In this document: in pieces, positions 38,943-47,348 of the stretch
How the letters are laid out: every line of letters starts with the position of its first letter
Position numbering within the stretch: the first letter of the stretch is position 1
Assembly: GCA_020343675.1 (NCBI GenBank)
Contig: CP070806.1
Span: 4,750,805 to 4,814,804 of the forward strand
Reading direction: 5' to 3'
Source of the DNA: Phycisphaerales bacterium
GTDB lineage: Bacteria > Planctomycetota > Phycisphaerae > Sedimentisphaerales > Anaerobacaceae
DNA length: 64,000 bases
Notes under the pieces: generated by a model
Database searches by the model: none
What the model was told of the DNA's origin: nothing
The model's input: the letters and a program-made list of their open reading frames with translations, nothing else
Program-made: the position numbers and the translations under genes

Positions 38943-38994
38943 GTTTGTATTTTGGGCGTTTTGGGAATAGAAATCTCATTAGAAGGTTCGAGGC

Positions 38995-40590
38995 ATGGAC
39001 GATTACAGACAAATCATACTCAATGCCGGCCCCGGCGAAATCGTGCCAATCGTCAAGCGGATCGACATGGACGAACCGGTGGACTTCTTTGCAAAGCTCA
39101 GCGACTACGGCCGGGCCAGAAATTGCTGTTTGTTCGAATCCAGAGAACACCTGGCCGGCTACACCGAACTGAGCTTCGGCACGGCAAAACCTGCACTCTA
39201 CCTGACCGGAAGCGGCGCCGAATTTACCATCAGGGCTTTGAGCAAGACCGGCCGCCGGATGATTGAATTCTTGTCTGCCGAGAAGTCTCGCTTCGATTTC
39301 TGTGAATCCGTCGAATTCGACGCCGGGGCGATCACGGGAAAAATCAGACAGTCCCAGGAATTGGTTGACGAGCAGACGCGCCTGAAAACAACCAACCAGA
39401 TGGATGTCTTGCGCGCCGTCGCCTTCAGATTCAAACTGGCGAGCAAGCCCTTCCGCGTGACCTGTGGCTTGCTGGGGGCCCTGAGCTATGACTTTATCGA
39501 CCAGTTCGAGAAACTGCCGGCCAACGAACAGGACCTCCTGGGCAACCCGGATTACGAACTGTATTTTGCCGACAATATCTTCCTGATGGACCATGCCCAA
39601 CACCAGGGTTTTGTGGTGGTGAACGTTATCATCACCGACGGGGACCGGGAGGCCGCCATATCCGAGGCCCAGGAATGCTTTGACTACTACCAGAATCTTG
39701 CACGATTCGACGTGCCGAAGGCGAAAGTCTCTACCGGCTCGCTGCCCGCCGCTTCGACCGATACGAATCAGGACCAGTACGAAGCGATGGTCCGGACCGC
39801 CAAGCAGCATATCCTGGACGGTGATATTTTTCAGGTGGTCTTGAGCAGGACGAAGGTCGAGCCATGCCCCGACGAGCCGCTCGACGTGTACAAGAGGCTC
39901 AGGGGGCTGAATCCTTCGCCCTACATGTTCTATTTGAATACGCCCAATACGGTACTGATGGGCTCCAGTCCGGAATTGAATCTCCGCGTCAGCGGCACGG
40001 GTACCCGTAGCGTGGAAATCAGACCCATCGCCGGGACGAAACCCAGAGGCCGGGTCGCGGGCAAAATTGACGGCGACATTGACTTCCGGTACGAGGCGGA
40101 GCTGAAAATCGACCGCAAGGAGTTAGCCGAGCATATGATGCTGGTCGATCTGGCCAGGAATGATATCGCCCGGGTGGCGGCCCCGGGAAGCCGGGTCGTG
40201 ACCGAATTGTTGACGGTCGAAAAATATGAATCCGTGCAGCACCTCGTAAGCAACGTGAAGGGACAGCTCGCGGGCGAGCTTGATGCGCTCAGCGCGTACC
40301 TGGCCACGATGAATATGGGGACGCTGACGGGAGCCCCGAAGATCGAAGCGATGAAAATTATCCGCCGACTGGAGAGAACCAAACGCGGCTACTACGGCGG
40401 GGCGGTAATGTATCTGACGGTGGACGGCCAGTTCGACAGTTGTATTACCATCCGGAGCCTCCAGGTCAGGGACCACGCCGCGTATATCCGGGTCGGCGCG
40501 GGCATCGTTCACGACAGCGTCCCAAAGACCGAATTCGAAGAAACCGAGCACAAAGCAAATTCCTGCCTGCGTGCGATTCGCGGACAGTGA
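38995..40590 (+). CDS. trpE: Anthranilate synthase component I
   Basis: 531-aa chorismate-binding enzyme with C-terminal motifs GTLTGAPKIEAM, RGYYGGAV and GAGIVHDSVP. It is followed by trpG. Confidence 0.88.
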   Translation: MDDYRQIILNAGPGEIVPIVKRIDMDEPVDFFAKLSDYGRARNCCLFESREHLAGYTELSFGTAKPALYLTGSGAEFTIRALSKTGRRMIEFLSAEKSRFDFCESVEFDAGAITGKIRQSQELVDEQTRLKTTNQMDVLRAVAFRFKLASKPFRVTCGLLGALSYDFIDQFEKLPANEQDLLGNPDYELYFADNIFLMDHAQHQGFVVVNVIITDGDREAAISEAQECFDYYQNLARFDVPKAKVSTGSLPAASTDTNQDQYEAMVRTAKQHILDGDIFQVVLSRTKVEPCPDEPLDVYKRLRGLNPSPYMFYLNTPNTVLMGSSPELNLRVSGTGTRSVEIRPIAGTKPRGRVAGKIDGDIDFRYEAELKIDRKELAEHMMLVDLARNDIARVAAPGSRVVTELLTVEKYESVQHLVSNVKGQLAGELDALSAYLATMNMGTLTGAPKIEAMKIIRRLERTKRGYYGGAVMYLTVDGQFDSCITIRSLQVRDHAAYIRVGAGIVHDSVPKTEFEETEHKANSCLRAIRGQ

Positions 40591-40630
40591 AAAAGGCAAA
40601 AGGCAGAATACACAAAACAGAAGACGGCAA

Positions 40631-41236
40631 ATGATGGATATGGAAGAGAAAAGAAAAGTATTGTTTATCGATAATTTCGATTCGTTCACCTACAATCTGG
40701 TCGATGATTTCAGCAAGCGCAATTGCCAGACGAAGGTGTACCGGGCCGACACAGACCTTGAGGAGCTTAAGCGCGTGGCGGACGAATTGGGGCCTGATTT
40801 GCTCGTCATCTCGCCGGGGCCAGGCAAACCCGACACCGCGGGCGTATCACTCGAAGCCGTCGGCTATTTCAAAGATAAGCTGCCGATACTGGGCGTGTGC
40901 TTAGGCCACCAGGTCATTGTGCAATACTTTGGCGGCAAGATCGGCCATGCCCCGGAGCCCATGCACGGCAAGCCCTCCCGAATTACGCACAACGGAAAGG
41001 ACATCTTCGCCGGCGTCGAGAATCCGCTCCAGGCGGGACGCTACCACAGCCTTTGTGCGCTGGAGCTTCCGGAGTGCCTGGAGAAGACCGCGGAGTTCGA
41101 GGGCGTCGTGATGGGTGTCCGGCACAAAGGGCTTCCGATATTCGGCGTGCAGTTTCACCCGGAGAGCATATTGACCCCCGCGGGAGGAAAGCTCATCGAG
41201 AATGCTTTGTCCATTGCAGAAGAAATTGGGGCATAG
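40631..41236 (+). CDS. trpG: Anthranilate synthase component II (glutamine amidotransferase)
   Basis: Class I GATase motifs FIDNFDSFTYNLV, GVCLGHQ and FGVQFHPES. I chose the ATG at 40631, downstream of the trpE stop. Confidence 0.85.
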   Translation: MMDMEEKRKVLFIDNFDSFTYNLVDDFSKRNCQTKVYRADTDLEELKRVADELGPDLLVISPGPGKPDTAGVSLEAVGYFKDKLPILGVCLGHQVIVQYFGGKIGHAPEPMHGKPSRITHNGKDIFAGVENPLQAGRYHSLCALELPECLEKTAEFEGVVMGVRHKGLPIFGVQFHPESILTPAGGKLIENALSIAEEIGA

Positions 41237-41262
41237 GTACAGCGGATAGCAAGGAGTCGAAC

Positions 41263-42282
41263 ATGGCGACAATTATCGAGTATATCAACCCTCTGTTGAA
41301 GGGCGAGAGCCTGAGCTTCGAGCAGGCCACGAGCTTGCTGGATGTTGTCTTTAAAGGCGAGGTGCCCGAAGTTCAAATTGCGGCGTTTCTCACCGCGATG
41401 CGCATCAAGGGCCCGACCGCGCCGGAGGTCGCAGGTCTGGCGCAGTCGCTTCGCAGTCACGCCGTCAGAGTCGAGCCGGGCATCGACAACCTGGTGGACG
41501 TCGTGGGAACAGGCGGCGCTGCGATAAAGACCTTCAACGTCTCGACGGCGGCGGCCCTGGTCGCGGCTGGGGCGGGAGTCTACGTGGCCAAGCACGGCAA
41601 CCGCGCCATCACCAGCAAGTGCGGCTCGGCGGACGTGCTTGCCGAACTCGGTGTGCGGATCGACCCCGGCCCCGACGTTGTGGCCGAGTGCATAACAGAG
41701 GCGCGCATCGGGTTCATGTTTGCTCCGATGTTCCACCCGGCGATGAAATACGTTCAGCCTATACGCAAGAGTCTAGGCTTCAGGACGGTGTTCAATATTC
41801 TGGGGCCTTTGGCCAATCCCGCCGGCGTCCCGTCCCTGGTGCTGGGAGTGGCCGAGGAGCGACTCATGCCAGTGATGGCCGAAGCCCTGAACGTCTTAGG
41901 CACGCGGTATGCGATGGTCGTTCACAGTGACGGGCTCGATGAGATCAGCACCGCGGCGCCGACCAGGATAGCCGAGCTTAAAGAAGGGCGGATTACGAAC
42001 AAAGAGCTGAATCCGCAGGATTTGGGTATCGAACCGGCTGATATAGAAGACTTGAAAGTTGCCGACGCCAGATCCAGCGCCAAGGTCTTGAGGGACATCC
42101 TGCGTGGCGGGCAGGCCGGCCCGGGCAAGGACATTGTGGTTCTCAATGCCTCGGCGGCAATCATCGCCGGCGGTCTGGCCCAGGAGTTCGCCGCGGCGAT
42201 GAAGCTGGCCGAAGCTTCGATCAGCGAGGGTCGTGCGTTGGAGTGCTTGGAGAAACTCATCGAGGTCTCAAACAAGGCGTGA
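41263..42282 (+). CDS. trpD: Anthranilate phosphoribosyltransferase
   Basis: The ATG at 41263 lies 6 nt after the SD AAGGAG (41251-41256). Motifs GTGGAAIKTFNVSTAAA and KHGNRAITSKCGSADVL are present. The 120-aa N-terminal extension in the ORF track overlaps trpG and was rejected. Confidence 0.88.
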   Translation: MATIIEYINPLLKGESLSFEQATSLLDVVFKGEVPEVQIAAFLTAMRIKGPTAPEVAGLAQSLRSHAVRVEPGIDNLVDVVGTGGAAIKTFNVSTAAALVAAGAGVYVAKHGNRAITSKCGSADVLAELGVRIDPGPDVVAECITEARIGFMFAPMFHPAMKYVQPIRKSLGFRTVFNILGPLANPAGVPSLVLGVAEERLMPVMAEALNVLGTRYAMVVHSDGLDEISTAAPTRIAELKEGRITNKELNPQDLGIEPADIEDLKVADARSSAKVLRDILRGGQAGPGKDIVVLNASAAIIAGGLAQEFAAAMKLAEASISEGRALECLEKLIEVSNKA

Positions 42283-42324
42283 GATGAGTCCCTGCCCCGG
42301 GCTTCCGGCCCGCCAGAGACGACT

Positions 42325-42948
42325 ATGTTAATACCAAAAGTCAAAATTTGCGGCATCACCAACTACCCGGACGCTGTGGCGGCGATGGACATGGGTGCCG
42401 ATCTGTTAGGCTTCAATTTCTATCCGAAGAGCCCCAGATTCATAGCGCCGGAGAAGGCGATGGACGTCATCAGCAAGCTGCCGGGCTTCATGGACACGGC
42501 CGGTGTGTTCGTGAATGCTTCGATTGAACAGATCCACGGGACGAATGACGTTTGCTCCCTGGACTGGGTCCAGTTGCACGGCGACGAAGACCCGGACTTC
42601 TGCCGGCGGCTGCTCTCTCACAATGTCAGGACGATGAAGGCGATACGTGTCAAAGACCAGACGGACATCCAAAGTGCGGATAGCTTCTTCACGGATGCTG
42701 TCCTGCTGGATGCCTTCGATCCCGAAAAGTACGGAGGCACCGGCCTGACGTTCGACTGGAATATCATAGGGCACATGGGCAAACGCGTCTTTTTGGCTGG
42801 CGGGATCAATCCGGACAACGCGGCGGATGCCATGAAGCTCGGCGTCTATGGAATCGACGTTTGCAGCGGTATCGAAGCCAAGCCCGGAAAGAAAGACCAC
42901 AAGAAGATGAGGAAACTGTTTGAGAATATCGGACATCTAAGAGGATAA
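42325..42948 (+). CDS. trpF: Phosphoribosylanthranilate isomerase
   Basis: 207-aa ORF with the N-terminus KVKICGITN and a TIM-barrel PRAI layout, placed between trpD and trpB. Confidence 0.85.
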   Translation: MLIPKVKICGITNYPDAVAAMDMGADLLGFNFYPKSPRFIAPEKAMDVISKLPGFMDTAGVFVNASIEQIHGTNDVCSLDWVQLHGDEDPDFCRRLLSHNVRTMKAIRVKDQTDIQSADSFFTDAVLLDAFDPEKYGGTGLTFDWNIIGHMGKRVFLAGGINPDNAADAMKLGVYGIDVCSGIEAKPGKKDHKKMRKLFENIGHLRG

Positions 42949-42950
42949 GC

Positions 42951-44129
42951 ATGAAGTACAAAGGCAGGTTCGGAGATTATGGCGGCTTCTACGTGCCCGA
43001 GGTGTTGATCCCCGTTTTGGAGGAGCTGGAGGAGGCGTTCTATCGCTTTTACGAAGACGCGCAGTTCGTTGCTGAACTGGCCCAGCTCTCCAGAGACTAT
43101 TCAGGCAGGCCCAGCCCGCTTTATCATGCGAAGAGATTCAGCGAGCACGTCGGCTTCGAGGTGTATCTCAAACGCGAGGATCTCCTGCACGGCGGCGCGC
43201 ACAAGGTCAACAACTCGCTCGGCCAGGGGCTCCTGGCCAAATACATGCACAAGACCAAGCTCATCGCCGAGACCGGTGCCGGCCAGCACGGTCTGGCCAC
43301 GGCGATGATCGGCGCGTTGTTCGGGATGGAGACCAAAATCTTCATGGGCGTGACCGATATCGAGCGGCAGAGTGTCAACGTGCATAAGATGCGACTTTGT
43401 GGAGCTCAAGTCGTGCCCATCGAAGGCGGCACGGGAACGCTCAAAGACGCCATCAACGACGCCCTTCGTTACTGGACGGCGCACGTGACAGATACGTTCT
43501 ACCTGTTCGGATCGGCCTGCGGGCCGCACCCGTATCCTACGATCGTCAAGCATTTCCAGAGCTGTATCGGAAAAGAGGCCAGGCAACAGTGCATCGAGCA
43601 GATTGGCAGATTGCCCGAGATGGTTGTGGCCTGCGTCGGCGGAGGCAGCAACGCGATAGGCATTTTCTCAGGCTTTGTAGAGGATAAGGATGTCAGGCTG
43701 GTTGGGGTCGAGGCCGGGGGCGTGGGCGTCGGCAGGGGGTTGCACGCAGCGACCCTTGTCGCCGGACGTGTCGGAATCCTGCACGGCGCCAAAGCGTATC
43801 TGCTGCAGGATGAGCAGGGCCAGGTGTGCGAGACCGAGTCGGTCAGCGCCGGCCTGGACTACCCGTCAGTCGGGCCCGAGCACTGTCTGCTCAAAGATAC
43901 CGGCCGGGCCGAATACGTCGCTGCCGAAGACGACGATGTGCTCGATGCTTTCGGGCTTCTGACTCGGACCGAAGGGATCCTCCCGGCTTTGGAGAGCTCT
44001 CACGCTCTGGCCTGGCTTGTGAGTCAAAAGGGCAAGTTGGATCCCGGCACTGTGGCGGTCGTCAACCTCTCGGGCCGGGGTGACAAAGACGTCTCGATTG
44101 TGGAAGAACGCCGGCCACTTGCGGAATGA
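42951..44129 (+). CDS. trpB: Tryptophan synthase beta chain
   Basis: 392-aa ORF beginning [13 protein letters not shown] and carrying HGGAHKVNN (PLP lysine), GAGQHG and GGGSNAIG. Confidence 0.92.
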   Translation: MKYKGRFGDYGGFYVPEVLIPVLEELEEAFYRFYEDAQFVAELAQLSRDYSGRPSPLYHAKRFSEHVGFEVYLKREDLLHGGAHKVNNSLGQGLLAKYMHKTKLIAETGAGQHGLATAMIGALFGMETKIFMGVTDIERQSVNVHKMRLCGAQVVPIEGGTGTLKDAINDALRYWTAHVTDTFYLFGSACGPHPYPTIVKHFQSCIGKEARQQCIEQIGRLPEMVVACVGGGSNAIGIFSGFVEDKDVRLVGVEAGGVGVGRGLHAATLVAGRVGILHGAKAYLLQDEQGQVCETESVSAGLDYPSVGPEHCLLKDTGRAEYVAAEDDDVLDAFGLLTRTEGILPALESSHALAWLVSQKGKLDPGTVAVVNLSGRGDKDVSIVEERRPLAE

Positions 44130-44171
44130 CCATTGATTTATCACGAGCGATTGAAAGTAGGGATTTTCTCG

Positions 44172-44969
44172 ATGAAGGCATACAAGCAGGTTTTCTCGGA
44201 ACTCAAAGAGCAAAACAAAACGGCCTTGATACCGTTCTTTGTGATCGGCGACCCGGATTTTGACACGAGCCTTGCCGTCGTCAAAGCGGCGATTGACGCC
44301 GGGGCCGATATTCTGGAATTGGGCATACCGTTCTCCGATCCCATTGCGGATGGCCCGACTATCCAGAAGGCCGATATTCGTGCGATGACCAGCGGCATGA
44401 ATGTGAACAAAGCCCTGGAGTTCATCCGTAGGGTAAAGGATTACAGGGATATTCCGATTGGCCTGCTGATGTACTACAACCTGGTTTACCAGTACGGAGC
44501 GGAGAAATTCTTCGGCGATTTTCACGAGGCCGGCGTCAACAGCGTTCTGGTGGCCGATTTGAGTATCGACGATGCAGGCGAAATCACAGGCCCCGCACGT
44601 TCTGCCGGTCTCGATACGGTTTTCATGGTGACCCCGAACACCGGCCCCGAGCGAATGAAGCGGATTGCAGCTAAAACGACCGGCTTTGTCTATACGGTGT
44701 CGGTGTTGGGCGTGACCGGCAGCCGGGAGAGACTCTCGGATACGGTCGAAGATCTGGTCGGAAGGCTCAAGTCGTTGACAGACGTGCCGGTGTGCGTGGG
44801 TTTTGGAATCAGCGGGTCAGAGCAGGCCGCAACAGTCACCCGGGCGGGAGCCGACGGCGTCATCATTGGCTCGAGGATCGTGGGCTTGATCGAGAGTAAC
44901 CTGGGCGACGGAGAAGGCATGCTGGCTCAAATCTCCACTTTTCTGGCCGAGGTCAGAGCCGCCATTTGA
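44172..44969 (+). CDS. trpA: Tryptophan synthase alpha chain
   Basis: Motifs LIPFFVIGDPD and ELGIPFSDPIADGPTIQ. I preferred the ATG at 44172 (MKAYKQVF) to the TTG at 44133. Confidence 0.88.
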   Translation: MKAYKQVFSELKEQNKTALIPFFVIGDPDFDTSLAVVKAAIDAGADILELGIPFSDPIADGPTIQKADIRAMTSGMNVNKALEFIRRVKDYRDIPIGLLMYYNLVYQYGAEKFFGDFHEAGVNSVLVADLSIDDAGEITGPARSAGLDTVFMVTPNTGPERMKRIAAKTTGFVYTVSVLGVTGSRERLSDTVEDLVGRLKSLTDVPVCVGFGISGSEQAATVTRAGADGVIIGSRIVGLIESNLGDGEGMLAQISTFLAEVRAAI

Positions 44970-45187
44970 CTGCCTCTGATACGACATACGAGGCCCGCTT
45001 GATTCTACACGGGCTTTCTATGGCGCAAAACGCCATCGTCCTGCCGTGGCCGCCGGGATTTTTTACATTTCGGCAATAACAGGGCCCGTTTTCTCGTCTG
45101 TTCCGATGTAATCAGCGCCGACGCGCCGTTCGTGGGCGGGAGCTGGTGTGGAATTCATTACTCAACTATTTCTTGGAGGCTACTATT

Positions 45188-45742
45188 ATGAAGAGGTACG
45201 TTATTTCGGCCGTTGCAGTGATGATGGTTCTGCTCACGGTCCTGGCAGCGGTTGGCCAGGAAGAAAGAGCCAGAGCCAGACAAGGCAGAGGCGGCTTCAT
45301 GGGCCGCGAAGAGCGACTCAAAGCCATAGAGGCCATCGAGGCGCAGCTGGCCAAGCTCAAAGAGGGCTCTCAAACCACAGGGTTTAGCCGCGAGAGCTTT
45401 CAGAACATGTCCGAAGAGGAACGCACCAAAGCCATGGAGAGATTCAGGCAGGCCCGCGCGGAGCGGGAGAAGGCCCTTCAGGCAGTCATGGCACAGGTCG
45501 CCTTGCTTCAAGGTCGAAGGCCGCCCGACGCAGAAGGCGTGCGGTACTTGATCATCAACACCGAGGACCTCAAACCTATTCAGGAGGCCGCGACAAAAGA
45601 GAAAGCCAAGCAGACGAGCGAACTGCTCGCCCGGTTGGTTGCCAGAGGCAGCGGCCGACGATTTGGGGGCAGACGCCCGGGATCCGAAGGTGGCCAGCGT
45701 GATCGGGGAACGGGAACACGCGGCGGCGATGCCAATCGATAG
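45188..45742 (+). CDS. Secreted Spy/CpxP-like helical protein with a Gly/Arg-rich tail
   Basis: The ATG at 45188 lies 9 nt after the SD GGAGG. It has a signal peptide (VISAVAVMMVLLTVLAAVG) and a Glu/Arg/Lys-rich helical repeat with an MSEEERTKAMERF motif. It is a paralogue of the N-terminal half of the next gene. Confidence 0.5.
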   Translation: MKRYVISAVAVMMVLLTVLAAVGQEERARARQGRGGFMGREERLKAIEAIEAQLAKLKEGSQTTGFSRESFQNMSEEERTKAMERFRQARAEREKALQAVMAQVALLQGRRPPDAEGVRYLIINTEDLKPIQEAATKEKAKQTSELLARLVARGSGRRFGGRRPGSEGGQRDRGTGTRGGDANR

Positions 45743-45945
45743 CAAATGTGACGCCAGGACCCGGGCGGCGAAGCTTTCGTCTGCCCCAAAGCGTTCCCGC
45801 TGCGCACGAACATTGTCGCAGTCGGGATAGTATCACATAAGAAGACCTGCTCTGGCCCCAGCCGGCGCGGGCCGTCGGATTCTGATTCCCGCCGTGGGAG
45901 TCGGTCGAATGTGAAGTTCGTAAAGCTGTTTCTGGAGGTAAGACC

Positions 45946-47196
45946 ATGAAGAGGCACATCTTTCCGATGGGCATTGTCCTGACCGTTCTGGTGGTCGCCT
46001 GGTCCGCGGCTGGGCAGCAAGAGCAAGGGGGCGCACGGAGGGAGCAGTTCCAGAACATCAGGGAAAGATGGGAAGACATGTCCGAAGAGGAACGGGAAGA
46101 ATTCAGGGCCCGGATGCGCCAGGGCCGAGAGAGCTGGGAGAATTTGTCCCCGGAGGAAAGGGAGAAGCGCAGGGCCGAGGTGCGTGAGAGACTCGGCTCG
46201 GGTCCGGCGCGCATTGGGCGTCAAGAGCAGTTAAAGGCGGTCAAAGCAATCGAGGCACAGGTTGCTAAGCTCAAGGCTGCTCTGGAGTCTTCCGCCCCGG
46301 AAGCGCGCAGCAGGCTTCGCGATCTTTCCGAAGAAGAACGGGCCAAAATGAGAAAGGATATGATCGCTGCGATGAGGCAGCGCCAGACGGCTATTCGAGC
46401 GATTGACGAGGAACTTGCCAAACTCCGAGGACCCGTACGTCCGAGTCCCGAGTCTCGGATGCGGATCGGCGAGCTCAAGCAGATCTACGATTTGGCGGTC
46501 AAAGAAAATGCCACCGAGACAGCCAGGCGTCTCGAGAGGTTGATGGCCGGCTACCCGGATGAATCCCGGGGCAGGAGCCAGCCGGGCGAGACGAGACCGC
46601 GCAGGGACGTGCAGAGACCACAGCGCGATCGGCCCGCAAGGCCCCCAAGGCCGGGCAGTGCCCGGGATGCCGAACGCGGCCGACCGGCGCCGGCGTTTAC
46701 GCTCAAGAGCTTCGATGGCAAGACGGTCAGTCTTTCCGAGTTCAGAGGCAAGACCGTTGTGCTCGAATGGTTTAACTTCGAGTGCCCTTTTGTTCAGCAC
46801 CATTACAAAGAGGCCGGCACGATGACGGACCTTGCGGCCAAATACAAGGACAAGAATGTCGTTTGGCTGGCCGTCAACAGCACGAGTCACACTACGCCGC
46901 AGGCCAACAGGGAAGTTGCCGCTCAGCACAAGCTTGCCTATCCGATACTTGATGATCGCTCGGGGACGGTAGGCCGCGCCTACGGCGCGAAAACGACGCC
47001 GCACATGTTCGTCATCGGTCCCGAGGGCAAGATTGTTTACGATGGTGCCATCGACAATTCGCCCCTGGGCAGAACGGCCCCGGGTCAGGAGCCGGCCAAC
47101 TACGTGGATAAGACTCTGGCTGCACTTACCACCGGCAGGGATGTGGGGACCGCAACGACAAAGCCCTATGGCTGCTCTGTGAAGTACCCCAAGTAG
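45946..47196 (+). CDS. Secreted fusion: Spy/CpxP-like helical region plus peroxiredoxin-like (PRX_like1) thioredoxin-fold domain
   Basis: Signal peptide present. It has three xSEEER-type helical repeats (DMSEEEREEF, NLSPEEREKR, DLSEEERAKM) and an Arg/Pro-rich linker. The C-terminal thioredoxin fold carries FNFECPFVQHHY, a single Cys where CxxC is usual. Confidence 0.6.
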   Translation: MKRHIFPMGIVLTVLVVAWSAAGQQEQGGARREQFQNIRERWEDMSEEEREEFRARMRQGRESWENLSPEEREKRRAEVRERLGSGPARIGRQEQLKAVKAIEAQVAKLKAALESSAPEARSRLRDLSEEERAKMRKDMIAAMRQRQTAIRAIDEELAKLRGPVRPSPESRMRIGELKQIYDLAVKENATETARRLERLMAGYPDESRGRSQPGETRPRRDVQRPQRDRPARPPRPGSARDAERGRPAPAFTLKSFDGKTVSLSEFRGKTVVLEWFNFECPFVQHHYKEAGTMTDLAAKYKDKNVVWLAVNSTSHTTPQANREVAAQHKLAYPILDDRSGTVGRAYGAKTTPHMFVIGPEGKIVYDGAIDNSPLGRTAPGQEPANYVDKTLAALTTGRDVGTATTKPYGCSVKYPK

Positions 47197-47232
47197 GGCA
47201 GGCTGTCCAAGAAAGCCCTTTGGACGAACACG

Positions 47233-47292
47233 GGCTCAGCCTTGCCGGCGTGCTTTTTTTGCAGGATGCGTTGGCAAGGCCGAGCCTTTTTT
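47233..47292 (+). terminator. Rho-independent terminator
   Basis: A long stem pairs GGCTCAGCCTTGCC (47233-47246) with GGCAAGGCCGAGCC (47273-47286), with one mismatch, followed by TTTTTT (47287-47292). Confidence 0.55.
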
Positions 47293-47348
47293 GTACACTA
47301 ATCGCTTCCGGGAATCCATTTATCGACGGCATGAAAAGGAAGTGAACG

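Noticed and set aside
40897-41262. Long N-terminal extensions offered by the ORF track. Examples: trpD from 40897, DUF547 from 36124, the TpsA-like gene from 25444, the Hyi-like gene from 60880, the TIM-barrel gene from 60887, araB from 34320 and araD from 32527.
   Set aside because: The extensions overlap upstream genes or lack homology. Internal starts are preceded by SD sequences and give canonical N-termini or signal peptides.
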